Shown: in pieces, positions 38,369 to 51,877 of the stretch | Layout: each line of letters starts with the position of its first letter | Numbering within the stretch: position 1 is the first letter of the stretch | Source of the DNA: Euprymna scolopes | Taxonomy: Eukaryota | Strand: one strand, 5' to 3' | Length of the DNA: 64,000 nucleotides | Assembly: GCA_053919585.1 (NCBI GenBank) | Contig: CM132791.1 | The notes under the pieces: model-generated | The model's database searches: none | Seen by the model: only the letters and a program-made list of their open reading frames with translations | Told to the model about the DNA's origin: nothing | Position numbers and translations under genes: made by a program

Positions 38369-38497
38369 GACCAGTATTTAGTGATGTATGAATAATAATG
38401 CGTTTAACACCTTTTATCCATAGTTCTATTTATTTATAGAACTATGGATAAAAAGTGTTAAAAAATAATATTACTCATACGCCATTAGATACTGGTC
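38369..38497. repeat. 130-bp hairpin palindrome
   Basis: gaccagtat..ttaacaccttttatccatagttcta / tagaactatggataaaaagtgttaa..atactggtc. Confidence 0.9.
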
Positions 38498-38569
38498 GGC
38501 AGCAAGATAATTAAATCACTAAAACTGCATGTATTATTAGTACGTCGAGTGAGTACAAATACTATGTTT

Positions 38570-38835
38570 ATCAGGAAACATTCCATTAAAGTGTTAGTTT
38601 AATAGGCACATTGATGCAACATGAAACAGACGTTGGAGCTTGGTCAATAATGCAGGATTAATTCGATTTGTCCATATTGTGCATTATCTTTGAGGTAGAT
38701 TTTTGCACCACTCGAGATGAAGCAATAGCGCGGCATGCATGCTTTAATGGTGGCTTTGTAAAGGTAGACATTGTTTTCAGGGGTGAGATATTAGCTAGGC
38801 AATTATAGAGAATCCGTCTCTTGTAGAAGCTATGG
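38570..38835 (-). mobile_element. CR1-like LINE ORF2 C-terminal fragment
   Basis: Minus-strand YLTPENNVYLYKATIKACM..YC..SGA and KLQRLFH resemble the CR1-like pattern LYLYKxxIRPCMEYC. Confidence 0.6.
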
Positions 38836-39819
38836 CTAAGTCCTTAATATAACTGTTACAATTAATCTTTCATGTGAACTTAAAGCTAAGAAGTCTGAAC
38901 GAAAAAATCTCACATTAAACGATGAGATATTTTGTTTCTAACTGCACTCCGTGTGTTTACTTGTTATAGTAATACGGATCTTAGACTTACGATTATTAAA
39001 TGTTTCAATCTATCTACGGCCAACTTCCACTAAAGATTGATAGTTGTTTGCTAATATTTTTCCCATGGGTTTGGGTATTTTACAATAGTTTTTCCATCAT
39101 GCCTATATTAATTCTATTGTCATAAGCAAGTATTTACGTATTTACATCATAGTTGATATTTTATCGTGGAGGTAATTTATGGAAAACGAAAAAAAATTAC
39201 ATGGCCTAAGAAATAACATCCACATGTATAGCATTTTGTTCAGGCTAACGACTATCGAAGGGTTCCTGAATTTTTCTCATGTATAAGAAAATCAGATTGT
39301 TAATTATTCGTCAAGAAAAAAGTAAAATTTAAACTTTATGAATAGCCCTTTATACTTGACGTTAACAAAAATGTTGACACACCAATGAGAATTGCTTTTG
39401 CTTCCCCTTTCTTACACAGGGCATGTTATATGTATTAAAGTTGCCGGTAAAATTATAGACAGGGCAACTAGCTTGCCTACACACACAAGACGGATCAGAA
39501 AAAATAAGCATATACAAGGTGGTGTAAAGCGCTTATATTATTGATAATTCGAATATTTTAGTTGAACGGGTGGGATTGAGCTAGAGTGGAGCGTGTGAGT
39601 TATTTCCCAAAATTTATTGATAAACGGTGCCAGGGAGGCACAATTTATTTTAGCAAAAAACGAAGTAAGGTTAAACATTTGTTGAAGGGTTGTGCAGGTA
39701 CGGGTGCTATCTTAACAGAACATTTCTTATTTTAACAGAGTTGAGATGGGACAAAAACTCTTAGAAGTATATTATTACGGGCATGGCATGAGATGGCTTT
39801 CCTGTCTAGTAGTTTAATT

Positions 39820-42800
39820 TGTATCCGAACCCCTTCATAGAACGAACCTGACCGTAATAATAAAAGAAACACTTGATTAGAACGTTTATTGATACTAAAA
39901 GACGCAAGGTTCGAGCCGGGGTTTCTGGTTGATGATGCAGGTTAAAGAAAAGAAAATTAAAAATTCAACCGAACTGATTCGAGAACTATAATAACATTCA
40001 GATAATAATAGTAATTCTCTAACGGAGCAATTTTGGGACGGTGATTTATAATATATGTTTGTTTATGCTTTACTAAAAGCTGGCATGATCTTTGGGGTCA
40101 AGGACTAAAACTGGTCCGTCGTGAGAAAATTATCCTTAAAAAAATGTATGATTGTGTAATGTAAGACATTGACTAACCGATGAAGTAAGTAATTTTACGT
40201 AGTGAATATTGATTGGTGGGGAGAACGCCCTGGTTTGCCAGACTCATCCCGTTCCTCGGGTATTAAAACACCGGAATGAGAAAATGTTGCAACTTTGGAC
40301 AAGCTCGTAGATGCTTAAATATTCTCCATTACAACGCTATCTCCCTCCACTGTCACTGACTTCTAGACCGACGCCAATAATACAAGACAGAGAAAAAATC
40401 AAAGTCGTTTGCGCACATACATTTTCTTTTTTGTAACTACCTGTTACATTTAACTGTAAATAATTGTGTTGTGTATTCAGAATCCAATTCCACTGTATAA
40501 TTCTGGACATTGTAGGTTAGGAGATAAGTTTGATAATATAATATTTGTAAAAACAAGAAAAAGACGACTGGAGTTGTTATTTATTGTATATGAGATTTAT
40601 AATTTAGCTTTCAGTCCGGACAGTCCATTTGAAGTTATTTTCTTTTTAGGAGACAACTATTGGAAGGACAGCTACCCTAACACCGGGTGCATGCTGCTGA
40701 TTGCTGTTCCTAAAAAACACAGTATAGGCTCCCGCCACACCTATTTCTTGGAAGACTTTGAATTGTTTATGTTTGTAGTTATTTTTATATTTTTCGGACT
40801 AATTGTGGAAAAGCAATAACCAGAATCCTGCATCCAACCCTGGAATTTTATAGACGATCACGCAAAAGCTGCTGCTCTCCCTTGGGTTTTTCGACATTGG
40901 AACTACCTACACTGCACTTCCGTATTGATGAACACTCCTTGGAGTCTTCGGCGGGTTACATATGGTGACCGTCACGAAGTATGTCGCCCTGTTACATTTT
41001 TTGCAGCTCATTAGTTTGATCCTGTTTTAGTTGGTGTCAGTCGCGAAAGACTTCAATCTTTGGGACATGTGTAGAACAACGATTCACAAGTGAATTATGT
41101 TTTCTTTTGACTTGGCCTATTTTACTTTTGTTGTTGGTGTTGGCTTTCGAAGCCGAATAATAAGAGAGAGATTGGTTGAGTGACAGTGAATGATCAATTG
41201 AAAATATAGGCTACCAAGTAACAGGAGTTATATTTTAAAGTGAAAACTATTGTACGGTTTCTTTATTCTTTTTTTACTACAGATTGTCATGAATCGTATT
41301 TTAAAGTGATAACATAATTTACGACTTTAAACTACATATTGGTGTGAGTCACAATTTGAAATGGCTGGAGATTAAGGTTTTGTATTGTCGATTGGCACAA
41401 GTGAACATTGATATTTAATAGTGATATGTTTCTGTTGTTTTTATCTTGTGAAAACACGATTGGAAATCAATTGGTAAAGGAAAGATAAACAGAGATGTTG
41501 AATAACGAGGTGGAAAAGATGAATTGGAAAGCGGCGGGAGAGTCCAACAGTGTGGGTGAATGGGATCCAGGAACGGATCCAGGAGAAGGTGGAGTATGAC
41601 TCGGGGTCATCGAAGGTGACGGAAACCTTCCGAATCCTCTTAGGAAATCAAGAAATTACTGGAATTTAAGGCGATCAAGGTAAATTAGATGATTGGCTAG
41701 AGGCAATAGTAAACAATCAGGAGATATCTGGGTTACAAGATGCAGAGAATATCATGTTAGCATATGAAGCTACAGAGGAAGAGCGTCGCAGTTTTATCGG
41801 GCGGTAGTTCAAGCAAAACCCCCGATCGTAATAGACGCAGTTACGCTCAGCACTAGTTAATTAATATTTCAGTGAACGGCTCCCCATTGATTCCATAAGA
41901 GACCAGTCACTAAATAAAACACTTAAGTGCCTGTCCAGCAGTGGGATCTCAGCCTCTTCTACGATAACCTGGTTGATATGATGATATGGCTCGTGTGCTG
42001 GATGCTGTAGGTTGAGCATCCTTCCTTCGTTGGTTGTTCGTTAATAAAAGGTCCCTTCAATGTAGTGTTTTGCCTCTGAAGTAAATTAAGATAATAAACT
42101 ATGAATTATCGACGGGGACGCTAGGTTTCTATTTTCGTTATAAGGTTTAGATATTACAGAATAAAACACATAAGCATTAAATTTATCGACAACAAAATAA
42201 AATAAGAATACATGTGTCGATTATGTTCTATTCCGTCTTGCAGTACACGGTAGTTTTTCAACGGGGATTTTATTTCCTTTTTTTAACAACAGATTTCCCT
42301 TGCCGGTCATCAAAGTGTTTTCACGCAGGGTTGGGGGATGATAATGCGATCTCTAAAATAAGACCAAACAATAACTTTCCCCAACCCCAAAACTAATAAA
42401 CTGATTTAGCTTGTCTAGTGTTTTATCCACATAGTTCTTGCTGTGCACGTCGTAATCTGGTTCGGCCTGATTGGATGATTAAGAACATCACCTCCGCATG
42501 TTCGCTAGGTGAACTTCCGACAATGAACACAATTTCCACCGACTATTTTCCCATGCACCGGCCGACTCCCGACCGTGACCTTTTAAAAGGTCACCTCCTA
42601 ACAAAAACATGGTTAGGCAAACCAATCATTTTCACAACAATATTGTTTATTGTTTCCGAATTGTTTTTTTTTTCTTTACAACGAACATGTATTTCGTATA
42701 AGTGATCAAGGCGTTTCTTCTTTTTTTCAAAATTGCCGGTAACTCTGCAATACTGTCACAAATAAAAATACTCTAATTCAGCTCTCATTATCCCACACTC

Positions 42801-45800
42801 TGGAGACATTTTAGATCATCATAGCTGGTTACGACTCATAGAACACGTGGAAGAGATAACCGCAATGGAGGAGAGTGTCCTGGGTTGCAGAGGCGCTGAT
42901 TGATCAGGCCATCTCGGTAGATGTTCTTAACTACAAACTTGTTAATCTGCAGGAGGATCTAGCGATAGACTATGGATGAGTCTCTGGAACTCGCGATCGC
43001 GGAAGATTCTGGGGAAGTTGCTAATCTGCCAGAAAACCCCGAATTTTACCGGTCAGAAAAACACTATTCTGTAGCGAAGCAGAAAAAGAGGAGGACTGAA
43101 AAAGACCACACGAATGGAAATGTCTGGTACATTAAGTGTTGTCATTATTAAGAATTTTCAGGGCGGCTGTCTCTGTAGTGCTATATCTGCTATTATGCTG
43201 ACACCAGGCAAGGAACATCTAACTTAATAGGGAGCGCCACCATGGGCGCTAGGTCTGAATTTCCTAAAATGTGGAGAGTTTGTCCACTCGACCAAATAAT
43301 GCAATGCAGCGGAGGATTAAATCTTTTGTTCAAGCACTAAAAACGAGGCGTCCAGGGAAGGATAATGGGTCAGCGAAAGCATGAATGGGCAGGAGATCCC
43401 GGTTAAGACAGGAGTCCTGCGTTGTTGGAAGTGTGGCCAGTTGGGTCATATTGCCAGAGTCTGCCCGACGAGGAAATGTTGGCGTTGCAGAAACAGGAGC
43501 AACTTCGAAGACAATGCTCTAAACGGGAAACAAACACCTCAACAAACTGGAGAAAGGGTTAACCGATATTAGTAACCCAATTGCCGGTTTGAATTTGGAA
43601 GAAAAGTGAGAAAAAGCCAAAGGTGGAACTCCTGTACCGAACCCCTTTAAAAGAGGCAGGCGTAGACCGAGGCGAGTGAAAGTTTGTAATCTCTGAAAGG
43701 AAGGTAAGCACCTTACATGACGGGTTATGGTATGGGGTTTAAAGTGACGATACTGGAAGAAACTTGCGTCCCTGTGTTGCTAATCAATTAGAGAGCTTAT
43801 CACAGGATGACCAACCGAAACCGACTCCGTCCAGTCGGTTTGGTATGGATTCAGCCGGCCAAGACACAGCTGCGACGAGAAACCTGATAAATTCTCCGTA
43901 TATGCCAAAAGTGGGTGTCAAGACTGTTGAATATTATGTGGCGTTCGACCTGTGTGAAGATATTATACAGAGGTAATTTCTTGAGAACTGACGCCGAGAT
44001 CAGTATCGATCCGCGGACTCTGTAGCTGAGAATAATACGCGATGCGGACCCTGTATACGAGAGTAAACACTGCCCTCTGCTAGGCCTACGCCGGATAAAG
44101 AACATCGGCGTAATAACCGTAGAGGAGGTGGGAATCACTCCTAGGACAGTAGTGTCCTAGAAGGTATTGCAGGACCAGGACATAGGGACACCAGTTTGTA
44201 CTAGGTCAGCCCCAGCACTAACAGATGAGGATCCGAATGTGGTGGTCAGTGACGCCATGGTAGGCGGATCCAAGTGTTTCATGCTATTGTTTACGAATAA
44301 ATCCAGAAAGCTGTCACATCCAAGGTGGAAGCCACGTGGCTGCGCTCGCCTTGTTGAGAGAGTCGGACGGTAAGAGAACAGGACATGTTTAGCGCAAAGC
44401 CCACTGGAAGAATGTAGAGAATAAAACCGATGAAGTGACAGCACCTGATAAGTATCAACGCACATCGATAGGGTTGCATGAGGACAATTAAGATATTATC
44501 GCAACCAGCGGCAGAGAGTTGACTGTACCAGCACTGTCATCATGAAGATCGATACTAAAGCTTACCATTCAGTAAATTTGAAACCAACAGAACTGATCCA
44601 TGAAAAATATCCTAAAGGAGCCTCTGGTTGACATGCTGGAGGCTGGTATAATCGAGCAGTCAACACCCATAGAGTTTTCCAGTAGTGATTGTCTAATAGG
44701 ACGGAGGCTATAGGATCTATGTGGACTTGTGAAAGGTGAATGCCATTAGCAAACCATTGACTGTGCCATTACCCCTTATTGATAACATAGTGGCCTTGTT
44801 GGTTAGAGCGTGGTGTTTACCACAATGGATTAAAGATGAGGTTACTGGCAAATAGTCCTGGATGGGAAATATCCTTAAAGGCGGTCTTTGCATGTAATAA
44901 GCCGGATACTTTCTCCCAGCTGATGTCAATACTTTTAAGGGTACTGGGATGATTTACAGTGGCGTATCTGGATGACATATGGATCTTCCCCCAAACGCTT
45001 GAGAAACACTTCAATAATCCGAGGAAGATGTTTGAGAGACTGCGCAGTTTTAACTTAAAGTTTAAGTTAGATAAGTGGCAATTACCTAAAGATGAAACTA
45101 AATACCCAAGGTTCGTGGTAAATGTCGCAGTGCTAAAGCTTATCATAGACAAGCAATAGGACAGCAGGCCCCTGTCTGAGTTCAAGAGTGTACGACAAGT
45201 GCGAGGATTCATAGGTATGACGGCAAAACCTGAAGATTCATAGTCGATTTTAGTCTGATGGCCACGCCCATAATAGTGTTGAAAAAATATGCCAACTATA
45301 ACTGGAAACCGGAATGCCAGAGGGCCTTTGAAGCCCTGAAGACCAGTTAACTTCTATACCTTTACTGGCGTATTGGTATCTAAATAAGCCGATGGTGCTG
45401 CATACAGGCGCTAGCAACACGTGTATAGGAACGGTGTTTACCCAGCAGTATATGGAGAAGAATGGTCCAGTGCGGAGATACAAGAGGAAATCGCAATTTA
45501 TTTTCTGTCGCATAAGCTATCCGGGACCTAGCAGAGATTTATTTCATTTAAAGTGAGGTTTCTGCAACTTGTTTGCCAGTGAAAAAGCTAATGCGTTATT
45601 TAAAGGGGGGTGAGTTTGTGGTAAAAGCGACCACAACCAATTAAAACATTTATTTGAAGCGGACTGAACGAATAAGAAGATTCAGCAATGGGCCCTAAAA
45701 TATGCCGCCAATAGGGGTAAGATCGAATATTTGGAGGGTTAATAAATACCTGTTGCGATATTTGTCCAGGATTCCCGAGCAACTGACACCCGAAAATATC

Positions 45801-48410
45801 CGTTTTAAAACAAGTGAGAATTACAGTGCCTTTAAGTTGGCAATAATCATTCTCCACACCCAGTATGGAGTGACAATGACTTGGAGGAGTCTGAGGTTAT
45901 GGTGGATCTTCACTGGATTGAAGAAATTAGGAAGGGGAAGGGGGACGAACAGCTGGCCAAGATAAAGGCCTGGGATGGGAAGGACCGAATTAACATTTAC
46001 CCACTTCATCAAGGCATCCTGCACTATATAGCAGGCTGAAATGAACAGATGGGTTTGAAGATGGTGATAATTGCAGATCTGATAAGAGCGATCTAGTAAA
46101 CACCCACGAAACAGCAGGACATCTGAGTGTTGAGAAAACCTATGAATCAGTGTTAAAGAACTAATTTTAACAAGAATTGTAGAATGGGTAGACCATTGAG
46201 TGTTGTCTCAGTCACAAAGTCAGGAAAAACCACAAGCTCGAATCGGGGAAACATATGTTCCGCCGTATCCCTCTCAAAACTTGAGTATCGACATCTCTGG
46301 TGCTTAGCCAGTAACAAAAATAAGTATCAATCACATAATAATAATTAGGTTTTGGGCAACACCATATTCTTTTCATTGTTTTTAACTCTTGCGTATATAT
46401 CCGTTAATATCTTTTATGATTTTTGTATAGACAGATTTGGTTCCCGGCAGATTAAGTGTGTCTATTTCAATCGGATATACACCGATTCAAAAGAATGAAA
46501 AGTATATTCTGTTATCACAAACGGTGGTATATTTTATTTTGTGAGATAATCTACCCTAAGTATTGGACCCCAGAGCAATTGCTCATCGACAATTCTACCT
46601 AAAACATCAATAACATCCTGAGTGGCCCCTTAAGTATTTTGGGTACAGCATGCGTTGACTGTTTTTATCACACCCAAAGTAAGTCCAACGTAGAGCGATT
46701 TTATGATACGCTCTAGGAAATCGTAGATAAATTGGTTACTAAAAACCAGGCTGTCAGTTCATTTTCCTGTAAAAGAAATCACATATAAAGTGTGGAATCA
46801 ATTTTATTTGCTGCATTAGTTCTTCTACTGCATATAGGGTGCTTTCTTCCACTTGGTGGCATTAAGTCGACCTCTTCTCTCGTTGGGGTCATCTCGGCTT
46901 TATGTAACTTTTGAAAAGGACTAATCTCGGCACCAGTGAAGAAAACGTTGAGACGCTTCTTACTGTCCTGCCTTTCACTCATTTCCTTACATACCGTATC
47001 TTTGTTAATAATATTGCAATCGAACCATTATGTTGTTTATAATACTTCACCCCATTATTACACTATGGGGACTGACCTTTGACTCTTTAAGAGCTTTGTA
47101 TTCCAATCAGGTCTGCAATTCCTCCAAATTTATATTATCCATTTTCCTTAATATTTTGGGCAATTAATGTTTATTGTTCCGGTCTTTTTTCTTTACGTAG
47201 ACTACAGCACTTTTGAAGTACACTACGGGGCCTTTTTTTTCTTTATTTTTTACGCTTGCTTGGAAAAATCTGCTTACGCTAGAGCTTTTCATACGTGGTC
47301 TAACAAACACACACAAACTGAAGACACTTCGACTATTAGAATGATTGAGTAGAAATTTATTGATATAGAAAGACACCTGCCAATTTCAGATAGCCCGGGT
47401 CGGGTCGGCCTTGCTTGTTTATGACTCAAGTTAAAACCAGCGAAATTCAAAATTAAACCGAGCTGATTTGGGAACAATTATAACATTCAAATAATAATTA
47501 TTGTCTAATGAAACAATTGTCTCGTAATGGTTTGTTGATTTGGAGTTACTGAAAATAACCTTTGGATTCAGGGTCTGAATGTGGTCCGGCCTGAGAAATT
47601 TGTCATTAAGAAATTGCATGATGACGTAATGTCGGCAGTGACCAATCGATGAAGAAAGTATTTTTACGTAGTGATTATTGATCGGTTGGGTAAAGCATCC
47701 TAGTTTGCCAGACCCATACAGATATCGGGGTATTAAAACACTGGGACGAGCACATTTTGCCACATGAACAAGTTAGCAGATGACGTATATATCCTCCTCT
47801 TACGCCGCCTTGACTTCCACACTCACTGACAAGTGAGAGAAAAAAGCTATTGGTTGCAGAAATATATATATATTTTTTTTTTTTAACTCAATATTATATA
47901 AAACTTTAAATAATTTTAGTGTTGAAAAATATGTATTCGGAATTCATTATACTATATAATACAGAACATTGCATTTTTGAAGTTTTGTAAAAACAAGGAA
48001 TTGATGACTGGACGTTTTATTTAATATCTGCACGATATATAACTTAGCTGTCAGGCCGGACAGCCCAGTTAATTGATTTTTTAGGAGACACCTATCAGAA
48101 GGGCAACGACTCTAGCGCCTAAAACAGGCCGTGGCCCGCGAATCTAAAAATAGAAAAACAGCGTGGGCGAACGTCACACCTATTTCTTTGAAGAAAATGA
48201 ACCGGATAACGTCGTTGCTTTTGTTGTTGTTTTATAAATTTCAGATTATTTGTGTAAAAGGAACAACCAGCATCGCGCATCAGGCCCTGTTATTGTATAG
48301 ACAATCCAAACAAAGCTACTGGACTTTCATGGGGGTTCCGGGATCGGAATCATCTAGAAATGCACTTACGTACAAGTGAAGACTCATTGAAGTTTCGTCG
48401 GGCTTATGTC
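39820..48410 (+). mobile_element. Decayed full-length Ty3/Gypsy LTR retrotransposon
   Basis: Homologous LTR-like blocks at about 39820-40960 (ending GTTACA, followed by PBS-like TGGTGACC) and about 47280-48410. Internal motifs: gag CCHC CWKCGQLGHIARVC (43423), protease-like TDAEIS (43990), RT AYLDDIWIF (44960), RNase H HTGASNTCIGTVFTQ (45400), integrase HETAGH, SIDISG and VERFYDTL (46100-46715). The domain order is PR-RT-RH-IN. Confidence 0.92.
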
Positions 48411-50074
48411 CTCAAAGGGGCACTTGTGTTGCGTCGTTTCAGGTTAAGGTGAAGCGAGTCAGCCTTCTAGCATGCCGTGGTAGCGACTTGATTATTGCTT
48501 GATATTGATATCATTTTTATTGCATATTATTTGTCACAATACAAACGTTTTCCAGTAATCGCGAGTTTCTAAATTCCGCAACTCAGTACGTTTTATTGGG
48601 CGTCAACTTAACTATGCGAATAATGTCTTGCATCTATGTATATTATTTATATGTCTTTGACGAATGTCGGACGAATCGGTAAAATTCATGTCACCTTTGC
48701 AGAAGGAAGTTGAACAAATTAAAATGACAAATACGAGGAGTGTTGGTCGCTATATTAAATTTTTCACGGGTGCTTTTACGATTGCTTTTCATGATTCAAA
48801 TGTCTTATATGCACAATGTAAAGCTGAAAAATATTAGTCTATGAACAATGTCGGATGTTAATTTGATGATTTTCCCTCACCTTTTTTAATGCAATAACGA
48901 CTCATCATATAATTGTCGACAAAATAAGGTGATGTCTCCCGATATCACTATGAGATCTACATTTCTGAGTGGACTATCAGCTTTTGGCAGACGATTCTCA
49001 GGTACTATAGTACGGAATTGTTATGGAACTAAGAGTTTCTGATCTTCATAATCTAAAAGGCGGGTCAGGCACGCACCTGTCTTTTAAAGGGAATAAATTA
49101 TAAGGAAAATATGCGTGCATCAACCAGCTGCGTCCTGTAATCTTATTATTAAAATTAGCACTATTAAATACGTGTAGTTAGGTCTTGCTGTCAGCGACAG
49201 GGTTGATTAGTGCACAGGTTGTTATGCAAGTACAGTAGAGCAAAGAGAGGTAACTAACACAGCGTTGTAAGTCTAGTATAAACATATGGTGATCGGATTA
49301 TCTGGCTTTAGATTATGAACTGTAGACAAATGGATAATTAACATAATATAGCTTTCAAATCTATTCCTATGTCTGATCCAACCCTTTCTCAATAGAGGGG
49401 GGATGCTCTCATATTAAAGTAGTTATGGAGGAGGGTTGAAAAGTGTAAAACATAATATGTAATACGTAATGTAATACATTTCAAACATTTTCGCTCAATG
49501 TTATATGGTGATTCATATCAGATGCCATTTTCGTCATTTAAATGCGTTTAAATAAAAAAAAATATATAATGCATTTCAATTGATGTCACTATCAATTTAT
49601 TGGAAACACAAATTATTTTGTGGAAATGTTGTATTTGTAACAAGAATTTAATATATTAAGATTTAGCCCCATTACAATTCATTTCTAAAATGATAGTAGA
49701 ATGAAATCAACAGCTAACTGAAAGAATGGATGCGTAAGATATCCGTATGTAAAGCAGACTGCATCTAATCTGCTGTCCAGTTGATTAGATCGAGGTCGAA
49801 TTCTGGTAATATATTACAAAGTTGGCATTTACTAGTCCCGTAAAATGATTAGAATTGACACAAATTTTACCATCGCTTCCAATGCATGTACGGCTGAGGA
49901 ATACATCAATTCTTATCCTCAAGTGCTGTTTGGGTTTTAATAATCGTAAACTCACAATAAATTGCACACAATGAATACAATTTATTAGATTGAGAAGAAA
50001 ATACTTGGGAAAGTTTAATTTTGATCACAAATAATGCATTTTCAAATAAGTGTTCGTCTAATACCTTTGATTTA

Positions 50075-51877
50075 TATATCAATAAAAATGTTTTGCGATA
50101 TCAAATCATTTTAAAACAATTATAACTTTTTTCTTTAGAACGTAGAATACAAGATTTAAAAAAAAAACAAATTTGCACAGTTTTCTTATTTAAACTGAAG
50201 CTAGGCCCAATAGTCTCCTTTTGCTCTGAGAACAACTAAACGCATAGCATAATAGTGGTTTTAGAAATTTTGTGGCGGTAATGCAAGGCTTGACAATCAT
50301 TAGTAGTAAGCGGCTATCGGATATTAATAATAATCAATTAAGCGTCTTAGTCTAAGCCAATCAACTCTCAACTATTCGAGAACTTGCCCCTAAAAAAAGA
50401 TGTGACGTATACAGGTGGCACTATGTTGTATGTAGGTGGCACAATATCTAAACACCCTGGTTGTAGTGGTTGTTAACACCTCCTTCCTTTATGGTCAGTA
50501 GGTAATTTGGCTGTGGGCAGAGGGATACGTAATCAACTAGAATGCAATTCCACGACTCCTTGTCTTTTCTCGCTCTCTTTTTTTCGTGCGGACAGCCATG
50601 GAGTAAAACGCATATTTTTGTCCCTCTGTAAATGCATTCCCTTCCCCAGCATTAGTTAAGGTGAGCTAGTTTTAAGTGGAAATGTTAATTATCACTTGCT
50701 AGTTGTTTTTGTAAAAATACTATAATATTTTCTTGTAAAAAAATGAATAATTAATTATATTTCTTGTACGTATTGCGACCTGATTTGTGTCTTTGTCTCT
50801 GCCATAAATGTATGCATTAATGAACAAAGCGAGCCTGAAAACGAAGAAGGTTACATCAATATGCCATCTTGAGAAATGAAGGAGCCACATACCCACATCC
50901 AACATCTCAGGTATACTTTTCCTCTTGATAATCACTCCCTATTGACTGGCCCAACTTCACATCATCAGGGGGCCGTTACACAGACATTTAGTGTAATACG
51001 TGGGTCGGTCACACACTAGTGACCGGCTGATCGTGTTATATACGACGATTTCTAAACACTTCAGAGTGATTGAAAAGACAAGATAAACTGAATAAATAGG
51101 CTCCTCACGGATTAGACAACTAAAAGAAACGCCGCTATATCGTGCCATCATCTCTTCATTTTATGCAACAAGAACGACCCGTTTCTCGACCGGGTTGTTA
51201 CTTGTGAAAAAAAAAAGTGAGTTCTTTATGGAAACTGTAAACACTTGGTTCAGTGGTTAGATTCCGACGAAGCTTTCCGGCATTTCCCGAAGCCAGAATG
51301 GCACCAAAAGGATGTTATCTTTACTGTTTGTTTTTTTTATTTATTTATTCATTTTTTTTTGTCTGCGACCGGTCACATCAGTTCATCATCTTCAGTTGTT
51401 TTTAATGCAGTAGAAACAGTTACGGCGGAAAAGTACAGTTAACAAATAGATGACATACATCGTAAACTTCAACAACAACACCCAACATTAGTCAAGAGAA
51501 TAGCTCCAATGTTCCTCCACGATTATGCCCGACCGCATGTTGCTAAACCTACACTGCACATGTTGGCCACAACACTCTGGGTCATCTGCTATACTCTCAC
51601 TTACTGACTACCACTTTTCCAAGCATTTCGACAACTGTCTGCATTAGAAATACTTTTAGAAAACATCTATGCGATATAGAAAACGCCTTCAGTGACTTCA
51701 TAGCAACAAGAACACACAATTTTTACGTTACTGGCAGAAATACACGTGTTTTGCGTTGGGAAAAGTGTGTTGATTCTGATGGTACTTGTTTCAAGCAAAA
51801 TATTATTGTTTGGGCCATGACATATTCATCTAAATAGAAATATTAAAAACCGCAAGAATATTCTTGTCAACATGATA
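50075..51877 (+). mobile_element. Mariner relic (cecropia/Hsmar1-like), interrupted by an insertion
   Basis: Peptides QICTVFLFKLKLG, STIRELA, APHGL (from WVPHEL), NDPFLDRVVTCEKK, QWLDSDEAFRHFPKPEWHQKDV, LHDYARPHV and WEKCVDSDG, plus a right TIR remnant aaaaaccgcaa. Confidence 0.9.
50413..51038. mobile_element. Unclassified 626-bp insertion inside the mariner
   Basis: The transposase reads ..DVTY| |TTISKH.. across it, and a TATAC direct repeat flanks it at 50408-50412 and 51039-51043. Confidence 0.6.

Noticed and set aside
50401-50980. TG...CA solo LTR inside the mariner
   Set aside because: The tgtgacgta start fits the mariner reading frame (DVTY), and the TATAC-bounded 50413-51038 interval explains the interruption better.
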